Of a stretch of DNA of 64,000 bases, positions 51,661-60,797 are shown piece after piece. Made by a program: the position numbers and the translations under genes. Positions within the stretch are counted from its first letter, which is position 1, and every line of letters begins with the position of its first letter. Source of the DNA: a virus (Duplodnaviria > Heunggongvirae > Uroviricota > Caudoviricetes); the IMG/VR virus record IMGVR_UViG_2778261689_000001, positions 1-64,000 of that record, one strand, 5' to 3'. The notes below the pieces were generated by a model that saw only the letters and a list, made by a program, of their open reading frames with translations, was not told the origin of the DNA and searched no databases.

Positions 51661-52622
51661 AAAAAATAGTTTCCCGTGGACGAGTGCTGGGCAAGAATAG
51701 CTCCGAGTTTGCTCGCATGCTTGAAGGCAGTGAAGGCACCAAAACCTTTACCCTAAAATCTGGCCGCCAGGCTAAATTCTTGCTTACCGTCGTGCTGAGT
51801 GGTGAGATTGAGTCGCGCACGTTCGTTGACCCGGCAGTTAACGGCCGCGATCAGTCTCTGCTCACCCCTGAGTCGGTAAGCGATATTTCCCGCACCATTA
51901 AATTGCAACAGTTCTTCCCGGCTATCGGTCGTATGGTTGGGGAGCGCATTGAGGTATTGGACGGATCGCGTCGCCGTGCTGCGTGTATCTTCAATGAAAC
52001 GAAATTTGAGATTCTGGTGACGAAAGATGAGATCAGCCTGGCGGATGCCCGCCAGCTGGCCATTGATATCCAGACAGCCCGCGAACACACTCTGCGCGAG
52101 CTGGGTAAACGCTTCGAGGTTATGTACGGTAAGAATATGACCAAAGAAGAGATCGCCCGAGCTGAGAACATCTCAAAGGCTAAAGTGACGCGAGCTTTCC
52201 AGGCTGCCGCAGTGCCGGATGAGATGATTGCTGTCTTCCCCGTAGCCAGCGAGCTCGCCCTTCCAGATTACCAGTTACTGCTCCAGATCGCCGAGGATGC
52301 TAACGCTAAAAGCGTGCCGATTGAAGAGCTGGTTGATACGGTGCGCGAACGAATTGCAGAGACTGAGGGCGCGAAAGAGGATAAAGCGAAGATACTGGCT
52401 ATCTTCAAAGCGGAAAGCAAAAGCCTGAAGCCCGCGCCGGTTAAATCTGTGGTGGTTGAGAAGCTGCGAGACTTCTCTGACCGTCGCCAATATGCCCGAA
52501 AGAAGTCCGATCCGAAAAAACGGGTTGTCGCCTACGAGTTCTCCAGACTCCCGTCTGAAGTGCAAACTGAAATTGACGAAGCAATAAAAAAAATCATTGG
52601 GAAAATGTCTGCTGGGGAATAA
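51657..52622 (+). CDS. parB: ParB partition protein (321 aa)
   Basis: Overlaps the parA stop; size and position as for type Ia ParB. Confidence 0.7.
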   Translation: MKKIVSRGRVLGKNSSEFARMLEGSEGTKTFTLKSGRQAKFLLTVVLSGEIESRTFVDPAVNGRDQSLLTPESVSDISRTIKLQQFFPAIGRMVGERIEVLDGSRRRAACIFNETKFEILVTKDEISLADARQLAIDIQTAREHTLRELGKRFEVMYGKNMTKEEIARAENISKAKVTRAFQAAAVPDEMIAVFPVASELALPDYQLLLQIAEDANAKSVPIEELVDTVRERIAETEGAKEDKAKILAIFKAESKSLKPAPVKSVVVEKLRDFSDRRQYARKKSDPKKRVVAYEFSRLPSEVQTEIDEAIKKIIGKMSAGE

Positions 52623-52669
52623 TCCCGCTGGTGGGAGGCGGCTTTAGCCCCCTCCCCTGTCTAAAATGT

Positions 52670-52770
52670 CCCGCGTCTATTTCATGTATAAACATATGAT
52701 ATATATAGATATTCATGAAAAATTTCAGACTGAAATTCCCACGGTTTCACGCCTGTTTTACTTGCCCCCC
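52670..52770. other. parS: Candidate parS centromere (A-T-rich with ATTTCA-type heptamers)
   Basis: Heptamer-like repeats ATTTCAT, AATTTCAG, GAAATTC, GGTTTCAC downstream of parB; no exact TCGCCA hexamer seen. Confidence 0.45.
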
Positions 52771-52867
52771 TCCCCCGCACAAAAAATTTAAAAAATTACT
52801 TTTAGCGAGAAAGTCAACAAGTGACTTTCAATAAAATCTCTTCCGAAAAGGGATTCACACAAGTGCC

Positions 52868-54595
52868 TTGTGTTTAAGGAAGAGTAAATTGAGTAACTTA
52901 CGCGAATACCAGAATCGTATTGCAGATATCGCAAAACGCTCTAAAGCTGTGCTTGGCTGGGCAAGCACTGCGCAGTTCGGTACTGATAACCAATTCATTA
53001 AAGATGATGCCGCGCGTGCCGCATCTATCCTTGAAGCTGCACGTAAAGACCCGGTTTTTGCGGGTATCTCTGATAATGCCACCGCTCAAATCGCTACAGC
53101 GTGGGCAAGTGCACTGGCTGACTACGCCGCAGCACATAAATCTATGCCGCGTCCGGAAATTCTGGCCTCCTGCCACCAGACGCTGGAAAACTGCCTGATT
53201 GAGTCCACCCGCAATAGCATGGATGCCACTAATAAAGCGATGCTGGAATCCGTCGCAGCAGAGATGATGAGCGTTTCTGACGGTGTTATGCGTCTGCCTT
53301 TATTCCTCGCGATGATCCTGCCTGTTCAGTTGGGGGCAGCTACCGCTGATGCGTGTACCTTCATTCCGGTTACGCGTGACCAGTCCGACATCTATGAAGT
53401 CTTTAACGTGGCAGGTTCCTCTTTTGGTTCTTATGCTGCTGGTGATGTTCTGGACATGCAATCCGTCGGTGTGTACAGCCAGTTACGTCGCCGCTATGTG
53501 CTGGTGACAAGCTCCGATGGCACCAGCAAAACCGCAACCTTCAAGATGGAAGACTTCGAAGGCCAGAATGTACCAATCCGAAAAGGTCGTACTAACATCT
53601 ACGTTAACCGTATTAAGTCTGTTGTTGATAACGGTTCCGGCAGCCTACTTCACTCGTTTACTAATGCTGCTGGTGAGCAAATCACTGTTACCTGCTCTCT
53701 GAACTACAACATTGGTCAGATTGCCCTGTCGTTCTCCAAAGCGCCGGATAAAGGCACTGAGATCGCAATTGAGACGGAAATCAATATTGAAGCCGCTCCT
53801 GAGCTGATCCCGCTGATCAACCACGAAATGAAGAAATACACCCTGTTCCCAAGCCAGTTCGTTATCGCGGCTGAGCACACGGTACAGGCGGCGTATGAAG
53901 CACAGCGTGAATTTGGTCTGGACCTGGGTTCCCTACAGTTCCGCACCCTGAAAGAATACCTGTCCCATGAACAGGATATGTTGCGTCTCCGCATCATGAT
54001 CTGGCGTACTCTTGCGACCGACACCTTTGACATCGCTCTGCCGGTTAACCAGTCCTTTGATGTATGGGCAACCATCATTCGTGGCAAATTCCAGACTGTA
54101 TATCGCGACATTATTGAGCGCGTTAAATCTTCTGGTGCGATGGGGATGTTTGCTGGTGCTGATGCAGCATCTTTCTTCAAACAGTTGCCGAAGGATTTCT
54201 TCCAGCCAGCCGAAGACTATATCCAGACTCCGTATGTTCACTACATCGGTACCCTGTTCGGTAACGTGAAAGTGTACGAAGTACCTGCTGGTATTTGTAA
54301 GAACTTAACGACAGAGAACATTCAGTTCAGCTCGATGGATGTGCTGTGCTACGTCCGTGATGAAAATCCGGGTAAAGCAGGCTTCGTGACTGGTGATGCT
54401 GTCCCGGCCATCCCGTTCCAGCATCCGACCACTCCGGCGCTGGTCAACCGTACCACGCTGTGGGGTTCGGCTATCAACGATATGCACCCACGCAACGGCG
54501 CTGATTACTTCACTCGTGTAACGCTGACAATGGCCAAAAAAGGCGGGCTTAACTTCATTAGCGGCGACACGATTGATGCCGGTGACTCTGAGTAA
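52868..54595 (+). CDS. Putative major head protein (gp23-like; start uncertain, possibly TTG at 52888)
   Basis: About 62 kDa, directly adjacent to parS as for P1 gene 23; assignment by size and position. Confidence 0.45.
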   Translation: MCLRKSKLSNLREYQNRIADIAKRSKAVLGWASTAQFGTDNQFIKDDAARAASILEAARKDPVFAGISDNATAQIATAWASALADYAAAHKSMPRPEILASCHQTLENCLIESTRNSMDATNKAMLESVAAEMMSVSDGVMRLPLFLAMILPVQLGAATADACTFIPVTRDQSDIYEVFNVAGSSFGSYAAGDVLDMQSVGVYSQLRRRYVLVTSSDGTSKTATFKMEDFEGQNVPIRKGRTNIYVNRIKSVVDNGSGSLLHSFTNAAGEQITVTCSLNYNIGQIALSFSKAPDKGTEIAIETEINIEAAPELIPLINHEMKKYTLFPSQFVIAAEHTVQAAYEAQREFGLDLGSLQFRTLKEYLSHEQDMLRLRIMIWRTLATDTFDIALPVNQSFDVWATIIRGKFQTVYRDIIERVKSSGAMGMFAGADAASFFKQLPKDFFQPAEDYIQTPYVHYIGTLFGNVKVYEVPAGICKNLTTENIQFSSMDVLCYVRDENPGKAGFVTGDAVPAIPFQHPTTPALVNRTTLWGSAINDMHPRNGADYFTRVTLTMAKKGGLNFISGDTIDAGDSE

Positions 54596-54655
54596 TCAGG
54601 GGAAGTTCTCCGTTTAACATAGCGCCCCCGTGCGGGGCGCATAACAGGGAAAGTT

Positions 54656-56245
54656 ATGTCTCAATATTCAATTCAACAGTCATTAGGTAATGCATCCGGC
54701 GTCGCGGTTAGCCCGATCAATGCCGATGCGACGTTATCTACCGGTGTTGCATTAAATAGCAGCTTGTGGGCTGGTATTGGCGTATTTGCGCGTGGCAAGC
54801 CGTTTACTGTTCTTGCGGTTACTGAGTCCAATTACGAAGATGTTCTCGGCGAACCGCTGAAGCCGTCTTCCGGCTCACAGTTCGAACCAATTCGCCATGT
54901 GTACGAAGCTATTCAGCAAACGTCTGGTTATGTTGTCCGTGCTGTTCCGGATGATGCGAAGTTCCCGATTATTATGTTCGATGAATCAGGCGAACCGGCT
55001 TACAGTGCGTTGCCATACGGTTCTGAAATTGAACTTGATAGCGGCGAAGCCTTTGCTATCTACGTTGATGATGGTGATCCGTGTATTTCACCTACCCGTG
55101 AGTTAACCATCGAAACGGCAACAGCGGACAGCGCGGGTAATGAACGCTTCCTCTTAAAACTGACCCAGACGACTTCGCTCGGTGTGGTAACGACCCTGGA
55201 GACACACACTGTGTCTTTGGCGGAAGAAGCGAAAGATGACATGGGCCGCTTGTGTTATCTGCCTACGGCTCTGGAAGCCCGTTCTAAATATCTGCGCGCG
55301 GTTGTTAATGAAGAGCTGATTTCGACGGCGAAAGTAACAAATAAAAAATCGTTGGCGTTCACTGGTGGTACCAACGGTGATCAGTCGAAAATATCAACAG
55401 CTGCGTACCTGCGTGCGGTGAAAGTGCTGAACAATGCGCCGTACATGTACACCGCTGTTCTTGGCCTGGGCTGCTATGACAATGCGGCTATCACCGCATT
55501 AGGTAAAATCTGTGCAGATCGCCTTATTGATGGCTTCTTTGATGTCAAACCGACATTAACGTACGCAGAAGCACTACCAGCTGTTGAGGATACCGGTTTA
55601 CTTGGTACCGATTATGTAAGCTGTTCTGTCTATCACTACCCGTTCTCCTGCAAAGACAAATGGACCCAATCCCGTGTGGTCTTTGGTCTGTCTGGCGTGG
55701 CGTATGCGGCGAAAGCTCGTGGCGTCAAGAAAAACTCTGATGTCGGCGGTTGGCATTACTCACCGGCTGGTGAAGAACGTGCCGTCATTGCTCGTGCGTC
55801 AATTCAACCGCTGTATCCGGAAGATACCCCGGACGAAGAAGCAATGGTCAAGGGCCGTCTCAATAAAGTATCTGTTGGCACCTCTGGCCAGATGATCATC
55901 GACGATGCTTTAACTTGCTGCACGCAGGATAACTATCTGCACTTCCAGCACGTCCCATCCCTGATGAATGCAATCAGCCGTTTCTTTGTCCAGTTAGCCC
56001 GACAGATGAAGCATAGCCCGGACGGTATTACTGCGGCTGGCCTGACTAAAGGGATGACCAAACTTTTAGATCGCTTTGTCGCCTCCGGCGCTCTGGTGGC
56101 TCCTCGTGATCCTGATGCTGACGGTACAGAACCGTATGTGCTGAAAGTTACGCAGGCGGAATTCGATAAATGGGAAGTAGTCTGGGCCTGCTGCCCGACT
56201 GGCGTAGCCCGTCGTATCCAGGGCGTACCGCTGCTTATTAAGTAA
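54656..56245 (+). CDS. Putative tail sheath protein (gp22-like, 529 aa)
   Basis: About 57 kDa, follows the head gene and precedes a tube-sized gene; assignment by size and position. Confidence 0.45.
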   Translation: MSQYSIQQSLGNASGVAVSPINADATLSTGVALNSSLWAGIGVFARGKPFTVLAVTESNYEDVLGEPLKPSSGSQFEPIRHVYEAIQQTSGYVVRAVPDDAKFPIIMFDESGEPAYSALPYGSEIELDSGEAFAIYVDDGDPCISPTRELTIETATADSAGNERFLLKLTQTTSLGVVTTLETHTVSLAEEAKDDMGRLCYLPTALEARSKYLRAVVNEELISTAKVTNKKSLAFTGGTNGDQSKISTAAYLRAVKVLNNAPYMYTAVLGLGCYDNAAITALGKICADRLIDGFFDVKPTLTYAEALPAVEDTGLLGTDYVSCSVYHYPFSCKDKWTQSRVVFGLSGVAYAAKARGVKKNSDVGGWHYSPAGEERAVIARASIQPLYPEDTPDEEAMVKGRLNKVSVGTSGQMIIDDALTCCTQDNYLHFQHVPSLMNAISRFFVQLARQMKHSPDGITAAGLTKGMTKLLDRFVASGALVAPRDPDADGTEPYVLKVTQAEFDKWEVVWACCPTGVARRIQGVPLLIK

Positions 56246-56254
56246 GGGAATACA

Positions 56255-57070
56255 ATGAGCAAAAACTTTTTTCAATCCGGGGCATTTTTGGGGAATGGAC
56301 TGTCTCGTTTCGCTTTGAACTCTGATCCTGTGCAGCTGATGGAGTCTGTCCGAGCAAGCGCCGAACCGCCAACAGATCCGGTTATTAATAATAATCCGGA
56401 ACCGGCGGCACAGACTAACGATAACGTTCCATCTGCCCCGGCTCCTGAGCAAATCCTGGAAGGGAAAGACGGTAAAGAATGGACCGTCGAACAGGCGCAC
56501 CAGATGATTCTAGAAGCTGCAAATCGAAGTGCTATGCAGAATGCGTTGAGTGATGCGGCCGACGCCGTTTTCGCCTGGGCTGATAGCGGTGATCTGACTT
56601 TCGACTCCCTTGATGGTTTCGTTCAGGCTATCGCTGGTATCTCTGATGACGACGACTCCGAAGTTACAGAAGAACAGGACGATGCCTATAACGAAGCATG
56701 GGCAAATGTTGCTGACTTCCTCGCAGCATGCGGTGTAGATGATGACCTGATCGAAGCACTGGCTGACGATGAAGACGACGACGCAGCTGCTGATGTTGGT
56801 GCCTCTATCGCTGGTTTAGATAGCGACGACCGCGACGAACTGGAAGCGGCGTTTGTTGTTGCTGGCACTTCTGATGAAATGCTGACTGAAGCATTTAAGA
56901 AGGTTGTTCGTAACGGTGAGATCAAACTCATCCGTAAACGCCTGCGGAAAAAACGTCTGACTGCGGCTCAAAAATCGGCGCTGAAAAAAGCGCGTCGAAA
57001 AGCCCAGACCGGCGCGGCAAAACTTGCCCGCAAAAAGTCAATGAAACTGCGCCGTAAGCGCCTTGGCTAA
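56255..57070 (+). CDS. Hypothetical structural protein with acidic core and strongly basic C-terminus (271 aa)
   Basis: D/E-rich middle, K/R-rich tail (KRLRKKRLTAAQKSALKKARRKAQ). Confidence 0.35.
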   Translation: MSKNFFQSGAFLGNGLSRFALNSDPVQLMESVRASAEPPTDPVINNNPEPAAQTNDNVPSAPAPEQILEGKDGKEWTVEQAHQMILEAANRSAMQNALSDAADAVFAWADSGDLTFDSLDGFVQAIAGISDDDDSEVTEEQDDAYNEAWANVADFLAACGVDDDLIEALADDEDDDAAADVGASIAGLDSDDRDELEAAFVVAGTSDEMLTEAFKKVVRNGEIKLIRKRLRKKRLTAAQKSALKKARRKAQTGAAKLARKKSMKLRRKRLG

Positions 57071-57105
57071 AGGAGGAGGCCGGAGAACTCCGGCCTTTAA
57101 CTTGA

Positions 57106-57687
57106 ATGGCACCTATTCCTTATGGGGTTTACAGCCAGGCTGACGGTGTATCGCCATATCTGAAAGTTACTTTAACGAACTCTCAGTACCAGGTTACCGG
57201 ATATATCAGCCAGGGAGCGGCAATGAACATGGCCCAGAATTGGGAAGCGCCGTTTACCGGTATGTCCATGGGATCTGTTGCTGGTGCCTTCAGTGGTTTT
57301 GCGCAGGTTGGTACTGAAACAACGTCGGTTGCCCGTTGGAACAGCTTAATGGTTTGGGAAGGGGGAACACCGCCGACTTTCACGCTGCCAGTAACTTTCA
57401 TCGCTTTGTTTGACCCATTCACGGAGGTTTCAGGAGCTATCGCCGCATTGTCAGCGATGATTAGCCCGGAACTTAAAGATGCCAGTATTGGTGGTCGAAT
57501 CCCGGAGCGTGTGACGCTAAACATTGGTCGCCGGATCAACATCATTGATGTCGCTATCCAGGACATAAGTTTCGATCTCGATGCGCCCAGGGACAGCAAT
57601 GGGCATTTCCTGAAAAACACCGTCAACCTCCAGTTGACCGGTTCTTCGATATATAACAGCTCCGATATTGTTCGGGCGTTCCAGTAA
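57106..57687 (+). CDS. Putative tail tube protein (193 aa)
   Basis: Size and position after the sheath-like gene; RBS AAGGAGGAGG upstream. Confidence 0.4.
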   Translation: MAPIPYGVYSQADGVSPYLKVTLTNSQYQVTGYISQGAAMNMAQNWEAPFTGMSMGSVAGAFSGFAQVGTETTSVARWNSLMVWEGGTPPTFTLPVTFIALFDPFTEVSGAIAALSAMISPELKDASIGGRIPERVTLNIGRRINIIDVAIQDISFDLDAPRDSNGHFLKNTVNLQLTGSSIYNSSDIVRAFQ

Positions 57688-57698
57688 AAGGATTTTAT

Positions 57699-58208
57699 AT
57701 GGGGCACAATAACACTAAGGGAAACCGTAAATTTATTAAGGGCCGCTATACTGCCAACGCGGCCAAAGGCGAACGACTGGTATCTTCTGAATTCCAGCTC
57801 ACTTTTGCAGGCCATGAAGATATCAGCGTACTGGTTCGCACGTCGCAAATTCCTGAAATGACCCGCGAGGATGTGGAGGACTATGGTCCGAATGGTGTGA
57901 AGTTCAACCAGCACGGTCCAATTCGAAACTCTGGGGAAATCCAGGTCCAGTGCGTGGAGACTATCGAAGGCGATATTCTTCAGTTCATTAAAGATCGCAT
58001 TGCGGCGAAGGACTATGTTGATATCACGATGGCTGCTACCCCTGAATCCAAATCTTCCGGGGTTAACGCTGTGACAAAAGCTGCTACAACAATTGAAATG
58101 TTGGACTGCAAAATCTACAGTGATGCAATCGACTTTAGTACCGAAGATGTGACTGCCGCTGTGCGCCCGTCACTTCGTATCGTCTACAACTGGATTGAGT
58201 GGGATTAA
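57699..58208 (+). CDS. Hypothetical tail-associated protein (169 aa)
   Basis: Last gene of the rightward structural operon. Confidence 0.35.
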   Translation: MGHNNTKGNRKFIKGRYTANAAKGERLVSSEFQLTFAGHEDISVLVRTSQIPEMTREDVEDYGPNGVKFNQHGPIRNSGEIQVQCVETIEGDILQFIKDRIAAKDYVDITMAATPESKSSGVNAVTKAATTIEMLDCKIYSDAIDFSTEDVTAAVRPSLRIVYNWIEWD

Positions 58209-58231
58209 GAGTCATCCCTTGTATTTTAAAG

Positions 58232-58252
58232 CTCCTTCGGGAGCTTTTTTAT
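58232..58252. terminator. Bidirectional rho-independent terminator
   Basis: AGCTCCTTCGGGAGCT hairpin with T-run on + strand and A-run upstream. Confidence 0.65.
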
Positions 58253-58324
58253 TTGGAGAGGAAAGGGTGCATTGAGGATACCTGACACACGAAGAGTGGC
58301 GAGGATCTCTCCCCGCCAGGTCTC

Positions 58325-58480
58325 TTACCTTTCAGATTCGTAGGCTGTGAAGACAGTGACCTCCGTCTGGCCGGTTCGGATTCGTACCTCGCAGAGGTCT
58401 TTCCTCGTTACCAGTGCCGTCACAATGACGGTTAAACAGATGACGATCAGAGCGATTAACATCGCTTTTTGCTGCTTCAT
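58325..58480 (-). CDS. hok: Hok/Gef-family type I toxin (51 aa); not in ORF track
   Basis: Manual translation MKQQKAMLIALIVICLTVIVTALVTRKDLCEVRIRTGQTEVTVFTAYESER aligns with Hok (...LTRKSLCEIRYRDG.REVAAFMAYES); ATG preceded by AAGGAGAAG. Confidence 0.75.
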   Translation of the reverse strand: MKQQKAMLIALIVICLTVIVTALVTRKDLCEVRIRTGQTEVTVFTAYESER

Positions 58481-58538
58481 AGCCTGCTTCTCCTTGACCT
58501 TTTGGTCGGTAAGAGGCTAATCTACGTATGCTAAGCAT
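58332..58538 (-). CDS. mok: mok-like overlapping reading frame
   Basis: 68-aa ORF overlapping hok in another frame and starting upstream of it, as in hok/mok/sok loci. Confidence 0.45.
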   Translation of the reverse strand: MLSIRRLASYRPKGQGEAGYEAAKSDVNRSDRHLFNRHCDGTGNEERPLRGTNPNRPDGGHCLHSLRI

Positions 58539-58600
58539 AGATATGGCCTCAGATTAATGTTAAGCGTCTTGCAGGACGCGTAATGTTATCTGGGGCTTTC
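58494..58600 (+). ncRNA. Candidate Sok-like antisense RNA with its promoter
   Basis: TTGACC (58494-58499) with TAATCT 18 bp downstream, reading antisense to the mok/hok leader; boundaries not determined. Confidence 0.3.
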
Positions 58601-58661
58601 TTCTATCTGCTTTTCGGGTAATGCCTGAAGCAGATAGCCTCAAGCACCCGCAACGATTGTA

Positions 58662-58907
58662 TCAATGTCTGGCTTTTTTTCTATAGAAATCACCTGGAAG
58701 GGTGAATATCCACATCAGAAGAAATGTTGCAGCAAACATGATCCCTAATGGCCAGACCGCGCCAAAGAAAATCCATACTAAGATCTCCTCTGCTTGTTCT
58801 TTGCGGTCGATATCGACAAGCATTTTTCGGCTGAACATGTATACACAGAAGCCAATACAAACATATCCTGCAAAAGCGATCGCTAACTGTAAAAAATCAG
58901 ATTGCAT
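58662..58907 (-). CDS. Small integral membrane protein (81 aa from internal Met)
   Basis: Two hydrophobic helices; ATG at 58907 preceded by GAGGTCGGAG; track ORF start at 58988 overlaps the operator. Confidence 0.4.
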   Translation of the reverse strand: MQSDFLQLAIAFAGYVCIGFCVYMFSRKMLVDIDRKEQAEEILVWIFFGAVWPLGIMFAATFLLMWIFTLPGDFYRKKARH

Positions 58908-58937
58908 CTCCGACCTCAAACTGAAAACGCCAGGTGA

Positions 58938-58954
58938 CTCCAGATTAGAGCAAT
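58938..58954 (-). promoter_or_regulatory. C1 operator-like site
   Basis: ATTAGAGCAAT core at 58944-58954. Confidence 0.5.
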
Positions 58955-58957
58955 CTA

Positions 58958-59803
58958 TCACCCTCTGAATCCTGCCGGTATACCCCATTGTTCGTTATCT
59001 TTATTTTTGGCTAAAACCGCATTAAGAGCTTCGTTTACCGTCATGCAATGCGGCAGATTATCGAAGTTTGATACCCCGCCAATATCAGGAGAACGCTTGT
59101 TCTTCAGGTAAGCATATTTCCGCGCTGCCGCCTCTACCTTCTGCTTGAACTCATGTTTTTGAGTGCGTTTTTTGGATAACCGCAGATTGTCAGCCTTTGC
59201 TTTTGCCTCAGCGATCCATGAAGTCAATTTTTTGAGTCTGGTCGTTCCGGCACCGCCGGAAACTGATCTTTTTGTTTTTTTAACTTGTGACTTCTTATTC
59301 TTTATTGCCACGTCATCCTGACAGGGGGAGGGGGTATCATTTTGACATGGGGGTGTGGATAAAAAATTAAATAAAGCCAATGTCTTAGCGAGAACAGCTT
59401 TAACCTTGGTTGCCGCTGAAGAGATCTTTAATTTGCTTTCAATCAGCGCATTTTTGGCTTGTTGTGCGAAGGCCAAAAAGGATGGTGTAAACCGGTACAG
59501 GTTAGCGCGACGTTCACGGTGATCGCCGATAACAATCTCTACAGACAGAATTCCTTTGTTTACAGCTTCACGGAATGCACGAACGACGGTTGATTGGCTA
59601 TAACCAGTTTCTGCCGCGATCAGGCGGTGAGGCTTGTGAATGAAGTATTCACTGGTTGTTGCCGCGAGATTTGCACATTGCGACAGGATATGCCCGGCGC
59701 TACGGGATAGACCGGAGTGTGTTACAAAGCAGGCCAATTCATAGCCAGAAAAAGTAAAATCGCTCATCGTTATACAGCTCAGGAAAGTGACTTTAGCCAG
59801 CAT
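58958..59803 (-). CDS. repL: RepL lytic-replicon initiator (281 aa)
   Basis: 281 aa, downstream of the kilA-like gene in an operator-controlled operon, as for P1 kilA-repL. Confidence 0.7.
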   Translation of the reverse strand: MLAKVTFLSCITMSDFTFSGYELACFVTHSGLSRSAGHILSQCANLAATTSEYFIHKPHRLIAAETGYSQSTVVRAFREAVNKGILSVEIVIGDHRERRANLYRFTPSFLAFAQQAKNALIESKLKISSAATKVKAVLAKTLALFNFLSTPPCQNDTPSPCQDDVAIKNKKSQVKKTKRSVSGGAGTTRLKKLTSWIAEAKAKADNLRLSKKRTQKHEFKQKVEAAARKYAYLKNKRSPDIGGVSNFDNLPHCMTVNEALNAVLAKNKDNEQWGIPAGFRG

Positions 59804-59832
59804 TACAATGCTGGTGGTTCTTACTACGTCTG

Positions 59833-60633
59833 TTAGCGCGTTGCCGCGACAGGTACCAGCACACCAGCATCAAGCAATCGCTTCATCAGCCACTGCTGAC
59901 CTTTGCCGGTTATACGAGTCGTGAAAGAAATCCTGCTTCCATTGCTTGTATCGATCACGGTTTCTTTAAGGGTGAAATACCCACGGGATATGTATTCTTG
60001 TTTGGGGACGTTCCTGCGTTCACCGGTTGCGATCAGAATTCCGTTATCACGCAACCAGGTGAAGAGATAGTTTTGGCCCAGGCCGAGCACTTTGGCATAG
60101 TTGCCGATTAGAACCCCGCTGGCGGTAGCAACGCGTTCGGCGAATTCGACTTTAGGTGCATCCATCAGCATTTTTTGCTCCAGCCGTTGCTTTTGCTCTG
60201 CCAGGTCAGCAGCCAAACGGAGAGCTTCTGGGAGGCTCTTCGGAATAGCAGGTTGTAATCTTCCGGCTCGATAGTCGATAAATGTCTGGTTTACCTTCAG
60301 CCGAAACGCGGGAGAAATCCAGCCTGCGTACTCCACTGCGAGCAATTCATGGGCAAAAGTGCCGCCGCCACGGCCTTCGAACGAAACTATGCAATTCTGC
60401 ATAGTTTCTTTTTCAAGCTCTTCGATGAGCTGTTTGGCTGACAGCGTTCTTAGCCATTGAGCTGGCGCTTTATGGGCACCGAGTCCGCTCGCTCTGTGTA
60501 GAGCATTAAGGTTGTAACGGCCAGCGCGGTCGGTCGTAATTTCAACACCACAAATAACGGGCAGAGTGGTTGAAGGATCGACATTTTGATGAAGGTTTGA
60601 TATATTCATATCCGCATTGAATGTTTGTTGCAT
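59833..60633 (-). CDS. kilA: KilA-like protein (KilA-N domain plus Ant-type C-terminal domain, 266 aa)
   Basis: N-terminal KilA-N-like region; C-terminal LPEALRLAADLAEQKQ...GILIATGERRNVP...GKGQQWLMKRLLDAGVL shared with the two Ant-like proteins. Confidence 0.65.
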   Translation of the reverse strand: MQQTFNADMNISNLHQNVDPSTTLPVICGVEITTDRAGRYNLNALHRASGLGAHKAPAQWLRTLSAKQLIEELEKETMQNCIVSFEGRGGGTFAHELLAVEYAGWISPAFRLKVNQTFIDYRAGRLQPAIPKSLPEALRLAADLAEQKQRLEQKMLMDAPKVEFAERVATASGVLIGNYAKVLGLGQNYLFTWLRDNGILIATGERRNVPKQEYISRGYFTLKETVIDTSNGSRISFTTRITGKGQQWLMKRLLDAGVLVPVAATR

Positions 60634-60702
60634 TTTTTCTCCAAATTTGCATCAACCTTCAATCACCAGCTCGAAATGGTGATTCTTTGCACTTAGAAAA
60701 CG

Positions 60703-60719
60703 AAATTTATTAGAGCAAA
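60703..60719 (-). promoter_or_regulatory. C1 operator upstream of kilA-repL
   Basis: AAATTTATTAGAGCAAA, 16/17 to consensus. Confidence 0.7.
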
Positions 60720-60797
60720 TTTTTCTAACTCGATCCAGATCGGGTTGGACGATCTGCTCAGAAACCTGCCAGTTTGCTGGCAGGTTTTTTTCTTTTG

